The notes beneath the pieces are model-generated. The model was not told the origin of the DNA, searched no databases, and saw only the letters and a list, made by a program, of their open reading frames with translations. A stretch of DNA of 64,000 nucleotides from Candidatus Latescibacterota bacterium (lineage in GTDB: Bacteria > Latescibacterota > UBA2968 > UBA8231), in NCBI GenBank assembly GCA_965223905.1, contig CBDCXV010000010.1, forward strand, positions 96,001 to 160,000, in the 5' to 3' direction. The translations under genes and the position numbers were made by a program. Position 1 is the first letter of the stretch, and each line of letters starts with the position of its first letter. Below, in pieces: positions 46,959 to 57,146 of this stretch.

Positions 46959-49900
46959 ATGAAGAAATTCACCGCTTTTCTGGCGGCCGCAGGGCTTTTG
47001 CTGGGCGCGTCCGCCCCGGTCGAAAGCCGTAGCGCGGACAGCGCCGCCAGGGCCGCGCAGGCCAAGTTTGGCGAGCGGGCCTTGATGAACGTCAATAACA
47101 TGTCCATGTGGTTCAAGCGCGACGGCTGGTCCGGGCGCAACCCCCTCAACGACAATTCGGGCGTGACCTTTCCGCGCTCCACCGACCAAGTCATCTTTCA
47201 GGACGGCTTGATCTGGGGCGGTATTGTCAAGGACGGCGACCCCCAGGACTTGCGCGTCGGCGGCCAGACCTACGAGATCGGCACCGTTCCCGGCCGCATC
47301 ATCAGCAAGGGCGTGGCCGAAGATCCGAAGGATGAAAGCGTGCGTATCTACCGCATCCGCAGAGATTACCGGACCGTTGATCTGCGCCTCGATGCCTCCG
47401 AGAGTCTGGGGATTGGGCTGAGTGCGGTGACCGACAGCGAGGTCGAGGAATTGCGGGACCAGTACGAGCGCGACTGGCGCGAGTGGCCCTGGGAGAAGGG
47501 GGCCCCGTACTACGACAACGACGGCAACGGCTCCTACGACCCGGAGGTCGACGAACCCGGGGTAGCCGGGGCCGACCAGGTGGCTTGGTTCGCGGTCAAC
47601 GACCTCGACGTGGGGGCCGCTCAATCGCTCTACGGTTCCAAGCCCATTGGTCTGGAAGTGCAGATGCTGTTCTGGGGCTATGCCCGCACCGACGCCCTGG
47701 GCGATGTGATCTTCAAGAAGTACACGGTCATTTACAAGGGGACCAGCACCACCCCGGACACGGCCCGCATCGAGGATATGTACTTTGCCCAGTGGTCCGA
47801 CCCCGACCTGGGTGACTTTGGCGACGACTTCGCCGGGGCCGACGTCGATTTGAGCCTAGGGTACGTATATAACTCAACTGACGACGACTCGCACTACGTA
47901 CCCTTTGGGCTCGCACCGCCAGCCGTGGGTTACGACTTCCTCCAGGGACCCGTCGTTCCGGTCTTCCAAAAGGACGAAAATGGGGACATTCTGCTGGACG
48001 ATGACGGCGAGTCCGTCCTCGATGAGAGTTCGGAAGCCATTTTCAATTTTGGCCGGCGAGCCGGCTTCCGCAATCTGCCCATGACTTCGTTCGTGTACTT
48101 TGCCGCAGGTTCGGCTATCGGCGATCCGGAGTTGGGCGAGTACATCGGCACCCAGGAATGGTACAATCTGCTGCGCGGTTTCCAGCCCCAGCCCGACATC
48201 GATAACCCAGTGCCCTACACCAACCCCCTGACCGGCGAGGACACCTTCTTCACCCTCGACGGCGATCCGACCACGGCCCAGGGCTGGAACGACGGCATTC
48301 CGCTGCCTTCGGGCGACCGGCGCATCGTGCTCAATACCGGGCCTTTCGAGATGGCTTTGGGTGATACCCAGGAAGTGGTGGTCGCGCTGCTGGGCGGCAT
48401 TTCGACGGATCGCCTGCGCAGCGTCTCCAAGCTCAAGTTCAGCGATCAGTTTGTGCAGGACGCGTACAACAGCTTTTTCGCGGTGCCCAAGCCGCCGGTT
48501 GGTCCCGACGTGCGGGCTTCCCAACTGGACCAGACGGTTTTGCTCGACTGGGGCTGGAACGGGGCCATTATCGAGCAGACCGAGGGCGACGACGGTTCGG
48601 GTTTTGTCTTTGAAGGGTACAATCTCTACCAGTTCCCTTCGGCCGAGGCCACCCTGGACCAAGGTGAGCGCCTGGGCACCTTTGATGTGGAGAACGGGGT
48701 CACGGCCGTCCTGGGCATTGATCTGGACGACGCTTCGGGCGTCATCTTGGAGGTGCCTTTGCAGGTCGGTTCCGACTTTGGAGTGCGGCGGACGGTCCGG
48801 TTGACCCAGGACGCCCTTCGCGGCGGCCCCCTGGTCAACGGCCAGGAATACTATTTCGCGGTCACCGCGTACAGCCGCAATACCGCGGAAGGCGCGGCGG
48901 TGACAACGCTGGAAAGCACGCCCAGAACGCTCATTTGCGTGCCGCAGACGCCGCCTTTGGGCACGCGCTACCAGAGCGAAGCGGGTGAATCGATCGACAC
49001 TGAGCACGCCTCGGGCGTCAGCGATGGCTCGGTGGGGGTCGCGGTGGTCGATCCGACCCGCACCACGGGCGACGGGTACCAGGTGGAATTCGTCGAGATA
49101 GTAGTGGACGAAGAGACCGGAGAGACAGCGACCGCCTGGCAGTTGCGCAACAACACCCGGAACGAGGTGGTGGTCGGGGCCCAGACCGACCAGTCGGGTA
49201 CTGCGCTCTACGTCCCCAGCGAGGGCTTCGATATCCAGGTCTCGGGGCCTCCGCCGGGCATGAAGGACTGGGACATCCCCACGGGCGAGCGCTGGTTCAC
49301 CTGGGCCGGCGCCGAATGGGGCGCCGAAGGCTTCGGGGGCGCCATGACCGGCGATCCGAACCACGAGTGGTTTGCGCCGACTACCCTGACGCCGGACCAG
49401 TTGCGCACGGTGGAATTGCGCTTCACCAGCGTCGACGAGGCGGATGGCGAAAACCAGTACAAGCCCCTCGACCTCGACAACGAGAACGTGTCCTGGGCCT
49501 ACCGCTATCTCCGCGGGGCCGGCGCCGATCCGCCCGCCCCGGATTCCCTGACCACCACCGCCAACCCGTGGGACTTCGGCAACTATATCATAAACACCGA
49601 AGGCCCCGGGGTATACGTAAACCAGGACCGCGTGCCCATCGCCCTGTCGGCCTGGGACGTGGAGAGCGATCCGCCGCGGCGGCTCGAAGTGGCCTTTTTG
49701 GAGAACAACCAGCCTGGAGGTCTGGTCAACGGCGCGTACGGGCCGGCCTTTTACAATGCGGTGAGCAATCTCGCGAGTGGTGGGCCGCGGGAGTGGCTGT
49801 TCATCTTCGACCTGGAGTACACCGACCCGAACCAGGGCCGGAACAGCGATATCCTGCTGCGCAACGGCTTGATTCGCAACGCCGACAGCGAGGATAACCT

Positions 49901-50381
49901 GCCCTTCATGTGGATCATCTTCGCCGCCCGGCGCCAGGAAGACCGCTTTCCGCAGGACGGGGACTCCTTCCTGCTGATCGCCAACCACGTCAATACCCCG
50001 GCTGATGTCTTCAGCTTTGAGGTGCCGGGCACCCTGTTCGATCCCGACAGCCTGAAAGTGGATGTCGCGCTCATCAATGTCTTCCCCAACCCTTACTACG
50101 GGGTCAACTTGGCCGAGACCTCCCCCTACAGGCACTTCGTCACCTTCAGCCACCTACCGCAGAAAGCCGCGGTCCGGCTGTACGACTTGGCCGGCAACCT
50201 CGTGAGGACCCTGGACAAGGACGACAACGACCCGTTCCTGCGCTGGGACCTGAAAAACCACAACAGCCTGCCGGTGGCCAGCGGCATCTACCTCGCCCAT
50301 ATCGAATTGCCCGATATAGGCAGGAACCGGGTCCTGAAGGTGGTGATTCTGCAGGAGCAGCAGTTCCTGGAACGATACTGA
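46959..50381 (+). CDS. 1140-aa acidic secreted protein with Fn3-like region and T9SS-type C-terminal domain
   Basis: GGAGG RBS, signal peptide, DNDGNGSYDP Ca-type loop, NGQEYYFAVTAY, INVFPNPYY...VRLYDLAGNLVRTL...WDL-N---LPVASGIY. Confidence 0.85.
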   Translation: MKKFTAFLAAAGLLLGASAPVESRSADSAARAAQAKFGERALMNVNNMSMWFKRDGWSGRNPLNDNSGVTFPRSTDQVIFQDGLIWGGIVKDGDPQDLRVGGQTYEIGTVPGRIISKGVAEDPKDESVRIYRIRRDYRTVDLRLDASESLGIGLSAVTDSEVEELRDQYERDWREWPWEKGAPYYDNDGNGSYDPEVDEPGVAGADQVAWFAVNDLDVGAAQSLYGSKPIGLEVQMLFWGYARTDALGDVIFKKYTVIYKGTSTTPDTARIEDMYFAQWSDPDLGDFGDDFAGADVDLSLGYVYNSTDDDSHYVPFGLAPPAVGYDFLQGPVVPVFQKDENGDILLDDDGESVLDESSEAIFNFGRRAGFRNLPMTSFVYFAAGSAIGDPELGEYIGTQEWYNLLRGFQPQPDIDNPVPYTNPLTGEDTFFTLDGDPTTAQGWNDGIPLPSGDRRIVLNTGPFEMALGDTQEVVVALLGGISTDRLRSVSKLKFSDQFVQDAYNSFFAVPKPPVGPDVRASQLDQTVLLDWGWNGAIIEQTEGDDGSGFVFEGYNLYQFPSAEATLDQGERLGTFDVENGVTAVLGIDLDDASGVILEVPLQVGSDFGVRRTVRLTQDALRGGPLVNGQEYYFAVTAYSRNTAEGAAVTTLESTPRTLICVPQTPPLGTRYQSEAGESIDTEHASGVSDGSVGVAVVDPTRTTGDGYQVEFVEIVVDEETGETATAWQLRNNTRNEVVVGAQTDQSGTALYVPSEGFDIQVSGPPPGMKDWDIPTGERWFTWAGAEWGAEGFGGAMTGDPNHEWFAPTTLTPDQLRTVELRFTSVDEADGENQYKPLDLDNENVSWAYRYLRGAGADPPAPDSLTTTANPWDFGNYIINTEGPGVYVNQDRVPIALSAWDVESDPPRRLEVAFLENNQPGGLVNGAYGPAFYNAVSNLASGGPREWLFIFDLEYTDPNQGRNSDILLRNGLIRNADSEDNLPFMWIIFAARRQEDRFPQDGDSFLLIANHVNTPADVFSFEVPGTLFDPDSLKVDVALINVFPNPYYGVNLAETSPYRHFVTFSHLPQKAAVRLYDLAGNLVRTLDKDDNDPFLRWDLKNHNSLPVASGIYLAHIELPDIGRNRVLKVVILQEQQFLERY

Positions 50382-50416
50382 GCGGCCCGGACGAATGTTT
50401 GAAAAGGAGATCTGAC

Positions 50417-51454
50417 ATGATTCGGATTGACCAGCGCGCCCCGCTCCTCCTGGCGGCCTGTCTCGCCCTGGGCGGCGCGCAGGCACACGCCGACGGCCGC
50501 GACCGGATCGGCACCGCCGCGGCCCCCGAGTTGCTGATTCCGGTGGGGGCCCGGGACATGGCCCTCGGCGGCGCTTCCATCGCCACGACATCAGGCGTCG
50601 AATCGCTGCACTGGAATCCCGCGGGCCTGTGCCGTTCCGCCAACAACGTCGACCTGATGGTGTCGACCATGGATTACATCGCCGGCATCCAGGTCAACTA
50701 CGCCGCCGTGGGAAGCCTCTTCCCCTCCATCGGCAACCTCGCCCTGAGCATCAAGTCGCTGGACCTGGGGGATATTCCGATCACCACCGCGACCCAGCCG
50801 GACGGGACGGGGGCCACCTTCAAGCCGACCTTTCTGACCCTGGGGCTCCATTACGGCCGCAGCCTGACCGACCGCATCGGCGTCGGCTCGACGCTGCACT
50901 ACGTAACCAACCGGGTCGACCGCGCCCAGGCGACCGGCCTCTCCTTCAGCGCCGGGCTGCAGTATTCCAACCTCGGCGGTATCGAAGGGTTGGACCTGGG
51001 CGTAGTGGTCAAGCATATCGGCCAGCGGCTCAGGTACGAGGGCTCGGGCCTGTTGAACCAGGGGCAGCTCAATTCGCTGCGACGCGGCCCCTCCTTCTAC
51101 ACCGTCCAGGCGAGCTCGGCCGATCTGCCTTCGACCTTCGAGCTGGGCCTGGCCTGGAACTACCCGGTGCAGGAGATGGGGGAGCTGAATTTCAGCTCGG
51201 TCTTCGAGCACCAGAACTACAGCTACGACCAGTACAAGTTGGGAGTCGAGTACGTGTTCAACGACTTCCTGGCCTTGCGCGGCGGTTTCGATTACGCAGC
51301 CGGCACCGAAGACGACACCGTCCTGTTCGGCAACAGCTTCGGCCTGGGGCTGAGTCTGCCCGGCGGCAAGACCCGCTCCCGCCTCGACTACGCCTACGGC
51401 AGCGTCGACCGCTTCGACGCGCTCCACACCTTCACCTTCCAGGCCGGCTTCTGA
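50417..51454 (+). CDS. PorV/PorQ-family outer-membrane beta-barrel
   Basis: GTAAAPELLIPVGARDMALGGA, HWNPAGL, alternating strands, LRGG, DYAY, terminal Phe. Confidence 0.85.
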   Translation: MIRIDQRAPLLLAACLALGGAQAHADGRDRIGTAAAPELLIPVGARDMALGGASIATTSGVESLHWNPAGLCRSANNVDLMVSTMDYIAGIQVNYAAVGSLFPSIGNLALSIKSLDLGDIPITTATQPDGTGATFKPTFLTLGLHYGRSLTDRIGVGSTLHYVTNRVDRAQATGLSFSAGLQYSNLGGIEGLDLGVVVKHIGQRLRYEGSGLLNQGQLNSLRRGPSFYTVQASSADLPSTFELGLAWNYPVQEMGELNFSSVFEHQNYSYDQYKLGVEYVFNDFLALRGGFDYAAGTEDDTVLFGNSFGLGLSLPGGKTRSRLDYAYGSVDRFDALHTFTFQAGF

Positions 51455-51596
51455 AGCGGCGGCGCAAGGTGAGGGTGCTTGTGCAAACTCGTGCCCCCGA
51501 GTTCAATCGCGGTATCTGACAGGCGGCCCCATTCATCACCACGTGGGAAGCGCCGATCGCTTGCCGCGCATTCCCACTCATGCATGAGATCCCTCG

Positions 51597-54500
51597 ATGC
51601 TGATCCGGCGACCGGGCATTCCGTGCCTCGTTTCCCTGTTCTTGCTCTTCCTGCCCGGCCGCTCCGGTGAGGCCCAGTCGCAGGCGACCACCGGGGTGAT
51701 CCGCGGTTTTGTCCGGGACCCGTTCGGCAGCCCCGTAGCCGACGCCGCGGTCGCGCTCAGGGAGACCCGGACCAACTACGAGCGCACCCTCGCCTCCTCC
51801 GACCTCGGGCTGTTCACCGCGGCCTTGCTGCCCCTAGGTCGCTACGACGTGACGGTGCGGGCACCCGGTTGGAGCGAGGTGCGGCAGACCGGGGTGCAGG
51901 TGCGGGTGGGAGAAACCGTGGAGCTGACCTTCAGTCTGTTGCCGCAGATGGAGGAGGTCGTCGTCGAGGCCGCCCTGCCCGCGGTGGACATGACCCAGAG
52001 CGAGGCGGCGACGCGGCTGCCGGAAGAGGCGGTGCGCGACCTGCCCAACAACGGCCGCAACTTCCTCAACCTGACGCTGCTGACCCCGGGGGTGGCCATC
52101 GTCCAGGGCCCCGACGGGGACGAGCTCAGCATCGCCGGGCAGCGCGGCATTCACAACAACATCTCCGTGGACGGCGCCGACTTCAACAACCCCTTCTTCG
52201 GCGAGCAGCGCGGCGGCCAGCGCCCGGCGTTCACCTTCAATCTCGACGCGGTCGAGGAGATGGTGGTGGTACCCCAGGGGGCCAACGCCGAGTTCGGCCG
52301 CTCCGGCGGCGGCTTCGTCAACGTCATCACGAGGTCGGGGAGCAACGAGCTGCATGGCTCGCTGCATTTCTTCGGCAAGAACGGGGCCCTGTCGGGGAGC
52401 GCGAGGCACGACGGACTGCGGCGCGAGCCGGATTTCCACCAGGGGCAGGCAGGCTTCACCCTGGGAGGACCTCTGCTGAAAGACCGGGCGTTCTTCTTCA
52501 CCGCGTACGATCAGCAGGTCCTCAGGGACACCCGGCAGCAGGAGAGGGAGCGCATCGACGGCGCCCTGCGCGCCTTCATGGATACGCAGTTCGGCGGCGC
52601 CCTGGCCGGCGACTACGGGCCTATCGACCGCACGGACGACGCCCGCGCCTTCCTCGCCAAGATCGACTGCCGCCTCTCCGACGATCAGTACGCCACGTTC
52701 AAGTACAACTACACCTGGTCGGAGCAGGAGAACGGCACCTTCGACGTCGATTCCTGGGCGCGCAGCGCCAACGCCGTGGAGAGGGACTGGTCCCACGCCT
52801 TCAACGGCAGCCTGCTGTCGCTGCTCTCTTCGACGGCGACCAACGAGTTGCGCTTCCAGGTTTCCCGCGAGGACCGCCCGCGTCCCTACAGGGGGCCGCT
52901 CAATCCCCGCACCGGGCGGCCCTTCCCCGACACGGCCATGGACTTCCTCCACGGCTACCGCTTCGGCATGCCCTACTTCATCCCGGTCGAGTACTACGAC
53001 ACCCGCATCCAGCTGCTCGACAACATTTCCGTTGCCAGGGGCGACCACCTGCTCAAGGCCGGGGTCGAGTGGAACCGGGTCGAATCGGTGCAGACCTTCA
53101 TCGGTTTCGCCAACGGCCGCTACCTCTTCACCTCGACAGACGGCTTTCTCAACTTCGTCGAGCAGGGCAACGGCTACGTCGAGTGCTCCGACGGCAGCAC
53201 CGGCACCGCCGGGGCCTGCCCCGACGGGACGGAGATCACCGGACCGGTGCTGATCTATCTGCAGCAGGCAGGCGCCGGGGGGATGACCGTGGAAGAGGCG
53301 GGCACCCAGGGAATCCCGCAGCACGAGCTGGCCCTGTTCGTGCAGGACAGCTGGAAACCCTCGAACAGGCTGACGATCAACTATGGCCTGCGCTGGGAGG
53401 CGCAGATCCAGCCGGATGTCATCACCGATCCGGACGCGGTCTTCTTCGCCGGTTTCATCGGCAAGACCGTTGCCAATGAAACCGGCACCTACGAGTTCCC
53501 CTCCGACGGCAGGATTCCCTCGGACCTGGACATGCTCCAGCCGCGCCTCGGGGTGGCCTGGGATCTGCGCGGCGACAACAGGACCCTGCTGCGCGTCAGC
53601 GCCGGGGTGTACCACGCCCGCATCCCCGGCCTGAACCTCGCCGGCACGCGCTCGACCAACGGCTCGCGCGGCCAGTCGATTTTCCGCTCCAGCGCGTTGA
53701 CCCCGGTTCTGGGGCCGCCGCCGGCCTACGGGGAGCTGCTGCCCTCCCCCGCAGGGGATCCCTTCCGGCCCAACATCTTCGTCTTCGACCGGGATTTCGA
53801 GAACCCGCGGACCATCAGTCTGCATGCGGGTGTCGAGCGCGAGCTGCATGCGTCGGGACTGGTCGCTTCCTTCGGGTACACCTGGTCCCGGACCGACCGG
53901 CTGACGCGCTTCGTCAACCGCAACGACGCGGTCTTCGGCTCCCCCTGGTCGACCGGCCTTGGGGCCGACGTCGGCAACGGCATCGGCGATCTGACCGTGG
54001 TCGAGAGCACCGCCCGGTCCCGCTACCACGGCCTCGGTTTCGGCCTGCGGCAGATTCTGCGGGAGGACCTGAAGTTCCAGGTCAACTACACGCTGTCGTG
54101 GGACAGGTCGGACGACGACAACGAGCGCGATCCCTTCACCTTCCGCTACGTCGACGCCGCCCGGCTCGACCGCGAGTGGGGCTACTCGGACCGGGACCAG
54201 CGCCACCGCTTCAACGCCTGGGCCCTGGCCGCGTTGCCAGGCGGGTTTTTGCTCAACAACCGCCTGAGCTACTACTCGGCCCAGCCGGTCTCCGAATCCT
54301 GCGGCGACGGCAACCGGGGCTCGGGACGGCCGGCGGTCAACCCCTGGGGGGCAGCCTCCGACCGCATATGCGGCGACGGCCGCATCCTCGCGCGCAACAC
54401 CCTGCGCAAGGAGAACGAGTTCTTCTCGTGGGACCTGCGCCTGTCGCGGCCCATTCCGGTGGGCGGCGGCCGGCTGGAGGCCATCGTCGAGGTCTTCAAC

Positions 54501-54626
54501 CTGCTCAACACCGACAACTTCCGCGACCCCTCCAGCGGCGGCCTGCTGTTCAATTTCGACGGCACCGTGCAGTCGGGCCTCGGCGACCCCCGCGAGGTGC
54601 AAATCGGCTTCCGCTACGTCTATTGA
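51597..54626 (+). CDS. TonB-dependent receptor (Oar-like)
   Basis: LPNNGRNFLNLTLLTPGV, VDGADFNN, AEFGRSGGGFVNVITRSGSN, PREVQIGFRYVY. Confidence 0.92.
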   Translation: MLIRRPGIPCLVSLFLLFLPGRSGEAQSQATTGVIRGFVRDPFGSPVADAAVALRETRTNYERTLASSDLGLFTAALLPLGRYDVTVRAPGWSEVRQTGVQVRVGETVELTFSLLPQMEEVVVEAALPAVDMTQSEAATRLPEEAVRDLPNNGRNFLNLTLLTPGVAIVQGPDGDELSIAGQRGIHNNISVDGADFNNPFFGEQRGGQRPAFTFNLDAVEEMVVVPQGANAEFGRSGGGFVNVITRSGSNELHGSLHFFGKNGALSGSARHDGLRREPDFHQGQAGFTLGGPLLKDRAFFFTAYDQQVLRDTRQQERERIDGALRAFMDTQFGGALAGDYGPIDRTDDARAFLAKIDCRLSDDQYATFKYNYTWSEQENGTFDVDSWARSANAVERDWSHAFNGSLLSLLSSTATNELRFQVSREDRPRPYRGPLNPRTGRPFPDTAMDFLHGYRFGMPYFIPVEYYDTRIQLLDNISVARGDHLLKAGVEWNRVESVQTFIGFANGRYLFTSTDGFLNFVEQGNGYVECSDGSTGTAGACPDGTEITGPVLIYLQQAGAGGMTVEEAGTQGIPQHELALFVQDSWKPSNRLTINYGLRWEAQIQPDVITDPDAVFFAGFIGKTVANETGTYEFPSDGRIPSDLDMLQPRLGVAWDLRGDNRTLLRVSAGVYHARIPGLNLAGTRSTNGSRGQSIFRSSALTPVLGPPPAYGELLPSPAGDPFRPNIFVFDRDFENPRTISLHAGVERELHASGLVASFGYTWSRTDRLTRFVNRNDAVFGSPWSTGLGADVGNGIGDLTVVESTARSRYHGLGFGLRQILREDLKFQVNYTLSWDRSDDDNERDPFTFRYVDAARLDREWGYSDRDQRHRFNAWALAALPGGFLLNNRLSYYSAQPVSESCGDGNRGSGRPAVNPWGAASDRICGDGRILARNTLRKENEFFSWDLRLSRPIPVGGGRLEAIVEVFNLLNTDNFRDPSSGGLLFNFDGTVQSGLGDPREVQIGFRYVY

Positions 54627-54746
54627 GCGAGCCGGGGGAAATCTCATGCTCTTTACCTCGGGTCCGACAACTGGGCTACAGATGGTGAGGCTCCCAAGGG
54701 CGGGAGTAGCCCGTAGTCCCCCTGACCAAAGGGAGTGTCTCCATCA

Positions 54747-54785
54747 TTGTCTTCTCCTATTTCGTGCATTACAATGTAATGCACG
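54747..54785 (+). promoter_or_regulatory. Sigma70 promoter overlapped by a perfect palindromic TA operator
   Basis: TTGTCT-17-TACAAT; CGTGCATTACA-A-TGTAATGCACG at 54763-54785. Confidence 0.8.
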
Positions 54786-54805
54786 TCAACAAGGGAGAAC
54801 CGAAC

Positions 54806-55069
54806 ATGCCTGCCAATCAACTTGTCCAAGCCCGCATCGATGGAGCCGTGAAAGAAGAGGCAGCCGCGGTGCTGGCTGCCATGGGGCTCACCGTGTCAGA
54901 CGCAGTGCGTCTGCTGCTGACCAGAGTGGCGCGGGAAAAGGCGCTTCCTTTCGAGCCCCTGATTCCAAGCGACGCCACTATCGAGGCGATGAAAGAGGCC
55001 CGAAAAGGCGGCCTGCCCCGGTTCGACAACGTGCAGGACCTCATGGACGACCTGCGAGCGGAAGATTGA
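54806..55069 (+). CDS. RelB/DinJ-family antitoxin
   Basis: VQARID--VKEEAAAVLAAMGLTVSDAVRLLL...LPFEPLIP---TIEAM. Confidence 0.92.
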   Translation: MPANQLVQARIDGAVKEEAAAVLAAMGLTVSDAVRLLLTRVAREKALPFEPLIPSDATIEAMKEARKGGLPRFDNVQDLMDDLRAED

Positions 55070-55094
55070 GCGCACCGCCCAGTTCAAACGCGAT
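55056..55094 (+). pseudogene. YafQ-type toxin 5' remnant
   Basis: Overlapping frame reads (E)RKIERTAQFKRD, like YafQ N-termini; start codon absent and remainder unrelated. Confidence 0.6.
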
Positions 55095-55205
55095 TTACTC
55101 CTCGACAATCCGACCTGCTCACTCAACCCTGCACTCGGCCCACAGCCTCTCGGCGGGAGGACGCTGGAAGACGTTGGCACGTTCTCCTGACCGCATAGAA
55201 AGAGC

Positions 55206-55454
55206 ATGAAAAACCCCGACCTGTTGTCGCGCATAACCGCCCGTCCAGATGTCTTTGGTGGTAAACCTATCGTTCGCGACATGCGAATTTCGGTGGAACT
55301 CGTCCTGAGCCTGTTGACACAGGGCGTTACACCAGAGGCTATTTTGGAGGATTACCCCGAACTGGAACCGGACGACATTCGTGCGTGTACCGCCTACGCG
55401 CACGCGGTAATCTCCAGAGATACACTATCCGCCATATCGGTAGCGGAGGCGTGA
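55206..55454 (+). CDS. DUF433 protein (VapB45-like antitoxin)
   Basis: RIT-RPDVFGGKPIVR-MRISVE...ILEDYPELE--DIRAC. Confidence 0.92.
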   Translation: MKNPDLLSRITARPDVFGGKPIVRDMRISVELVLSLLTQGVTPEAILEDYPELEPDDIRACTAYAHAVISRDTLSAISVAEA

Positions 55455-55807
55455 GATTTCTTGTCGATCGCTGTGCCGGCCGCCGCCTGGCCGAATGGCT
55501 GCGCGACCAAGGGCATGACGTCGTCGAGTCCCGTGAGCTTGGGGCCGATCCTGGAGATTTGGCGCTGATCAAACGCGCCGCTGACGAAGGCAGAATCCTG
55601 GTGACGATCGATACCGATTTTGGAGAGCTTGTCTACGTAGGGAATGCTCCCCATGCGGGGTTGGTGCGCCTTCCAGATGTGCCGGTGGAGGGGCGCATTT
55701 CCTTGATGGCCGAAGTGCTTGACCGGCATCGGCATGCCTTGGAAATACAAGCCGTTGTCACAATTCGCGGCGAGCGGATCCGCATCTCCCAGCCTCCTCC
55801 GCCATAG
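55451..55807 (+). CDS. DUF5615 PIN-like protein (VapC45-like toxin)
   Basis: GGAGG RBS, GTGA overlap; RFLVD, GHDV, RILVT-DTDFGEL. Confidence 0.9.
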   Translation: MRFLVDRCAGRRLAEWLRDQGHDVVESRELGADPGDLALIKRAADEGRILVTIDTDFGELVYVGNAPHAGLVRLPDVPVEGRISLMAEVLDRHRHALEIQAVVTIRGERIRISQPPPP

Positions 55808-55910
55808 ATGGTTTTCAAATCCCGTATCGATCCGCGTCGAGTGCCATCAACCTGTTAGAACACGGCCACGGTTCAGAACGGCCGCGATCCTTCGCGCATT
55901 GCAGGTACGG

Positions 55911-57146
55911 ATGGAACGGCTGATCAGCCTGTTCGGACTCCTTGTGATGATCGCCCTGGTCTTCGCCCTGAGCGCCGACCGGCGCAAGGTAGACCCGCGG
56001 CTCGTCGCCGCCGGCGTGGGCCTGCAGTTCCTCCTCGCCCTGCTCGTCCTCAGGACCGGGCCGGGACAGGCGCTGTTCGCGTATGCCGGGGCCTTCTTCA
56101 CCACCCTGCTCAACTACGTCGACGCCGGCTCGAGCTTCGTCTTCGGCGAGCAGTTCGGCGAGCATTTCTTCGCCTTCAAGGTCCTGCCGACCATCATCTT
56201 CTTCTCCGCCCTGATGGGGGTGCTCTACCACCTCGGCCTGGTGCAGCCGGTGGTGGCGGCCTTCGCCTGGGTCATGCGGCGCACCCTGGGCACCTCCGGG
56301 GCGGAAAGCCTCGCCGCCGCGGCAAACATCTTCGTCGGCCAGACCGAGGCACCGCTGGTGGTGCGCCCGTACGTGGCCGGGATGACCCGGTCGGAGCTGA
56401 TGGCCCTGATGGTCGGCGGTTTCGCCACAATCGCAGGAGCCGTGCTCGCCGCCTTCGTCGGCCTGGGCATCGACGCCGGCCACCTGCTGGCCGCCTCGGT
56501 GATCTCCGCCCCTGCGGCGCTGATGGCCGCCAAGGTGATGCAGCCGGAAGTGGAGACCCCCACGACCCTGGGGCAGGTGTCCCTCAGGGTGGAGCGCACC
56601 GCCGGCAACGTCATCGAAGCCGCGGCCAACGGCACCCTCGACGGCTTGCGCCTGGCCCTGAACGTCGGCGCCATGCTTATCGCCGCCCTGGGACTGATCG
56701 CCCTGCTCGACGGGGTGATAGGGCTGTTGGGCCGGGGCGTGGGCTATCTCCTTGGCACGGAAGCGCTGCCGTGGTCCCTGTCCGCGGGGCTGGGTTACTT
56801 TTTCGCGCCCTTCGCCTGGTTGATGGGGATCGAGGCCGGCGACTGTCTTCATGCCGGCGAGCTGCTGGGCAAGAAGATGGTGATCAACGAATTCGTCTCC
56901 TACGTCCAGCTGAGCCAGTGGATGCAGCCCGGCTCCGGCGTGGAGCTGAGCCCTCGCTCCGTCGTCATTCTCACCTATGCACTGTGCGGTTTCGCCAACT
57001 TCAGCAGCATCGGCATCCAGATCGGCGGCATCGGGGGCATCGCCCCGGAGCGGCGCGGCGACCTTGCCCGCCTGGGTTTTCGCGCCATGCTCGGCGGCAC
57101 CCTGGCCTGCTTCATGACCGCCTGCGTGGCCGGGGTCCTGCTGTAG
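55911..57146 (+). CDS. NupC-family concentrative nucleoside transporter
   Basis: FAFKVLPTIIFFS, NIFVGQTEAPL, GGFATIAG, INEFV, YALCGFANFSSIGI. Confidence 0.95.
   Translation: MERLISLFGLLVMIALVFALSADRRKVDPRLVAAGVGLQFLLALLVLRTGPGQALFAYAGAFFTTLLNYVDAGSSFVFGEQFGEHFFAFKVLPTIIFFSALMGVLYHLGLVQPVVAAFAWVMRRTLGTSGAESLAAAANIFVGQTEAPLVVRPYVAGMTRSELMALMVGGFATIAGAVLAAFVGLGIDAGHLLAASVISAPAALMAAKVMQPEVETPTTLGQVSLRVERTAGNVIEAAANGTLDGLRLALNVGAMLIAALGLIALLDGVIGLLGRGVGYLLGTEALPWSLSAGLGYFFAPFAWLMGIEAGDCLHAGELLGKKMVINEFVSYVQLSQWMQPGSGVELSPRSVVILTYALCGFANFSSIGIQIGGIGGIAPERRGDLARLGFRAMLGGTLACFMTACVAGVLL

Noticed and set aside
54667-54715. GGGCTAC...CTCCC/GGGAGTAGCCC pairing as a structured RNA
   Set aside because: Short interrupted stem, no U-tract or known motif; insufficient evidence.
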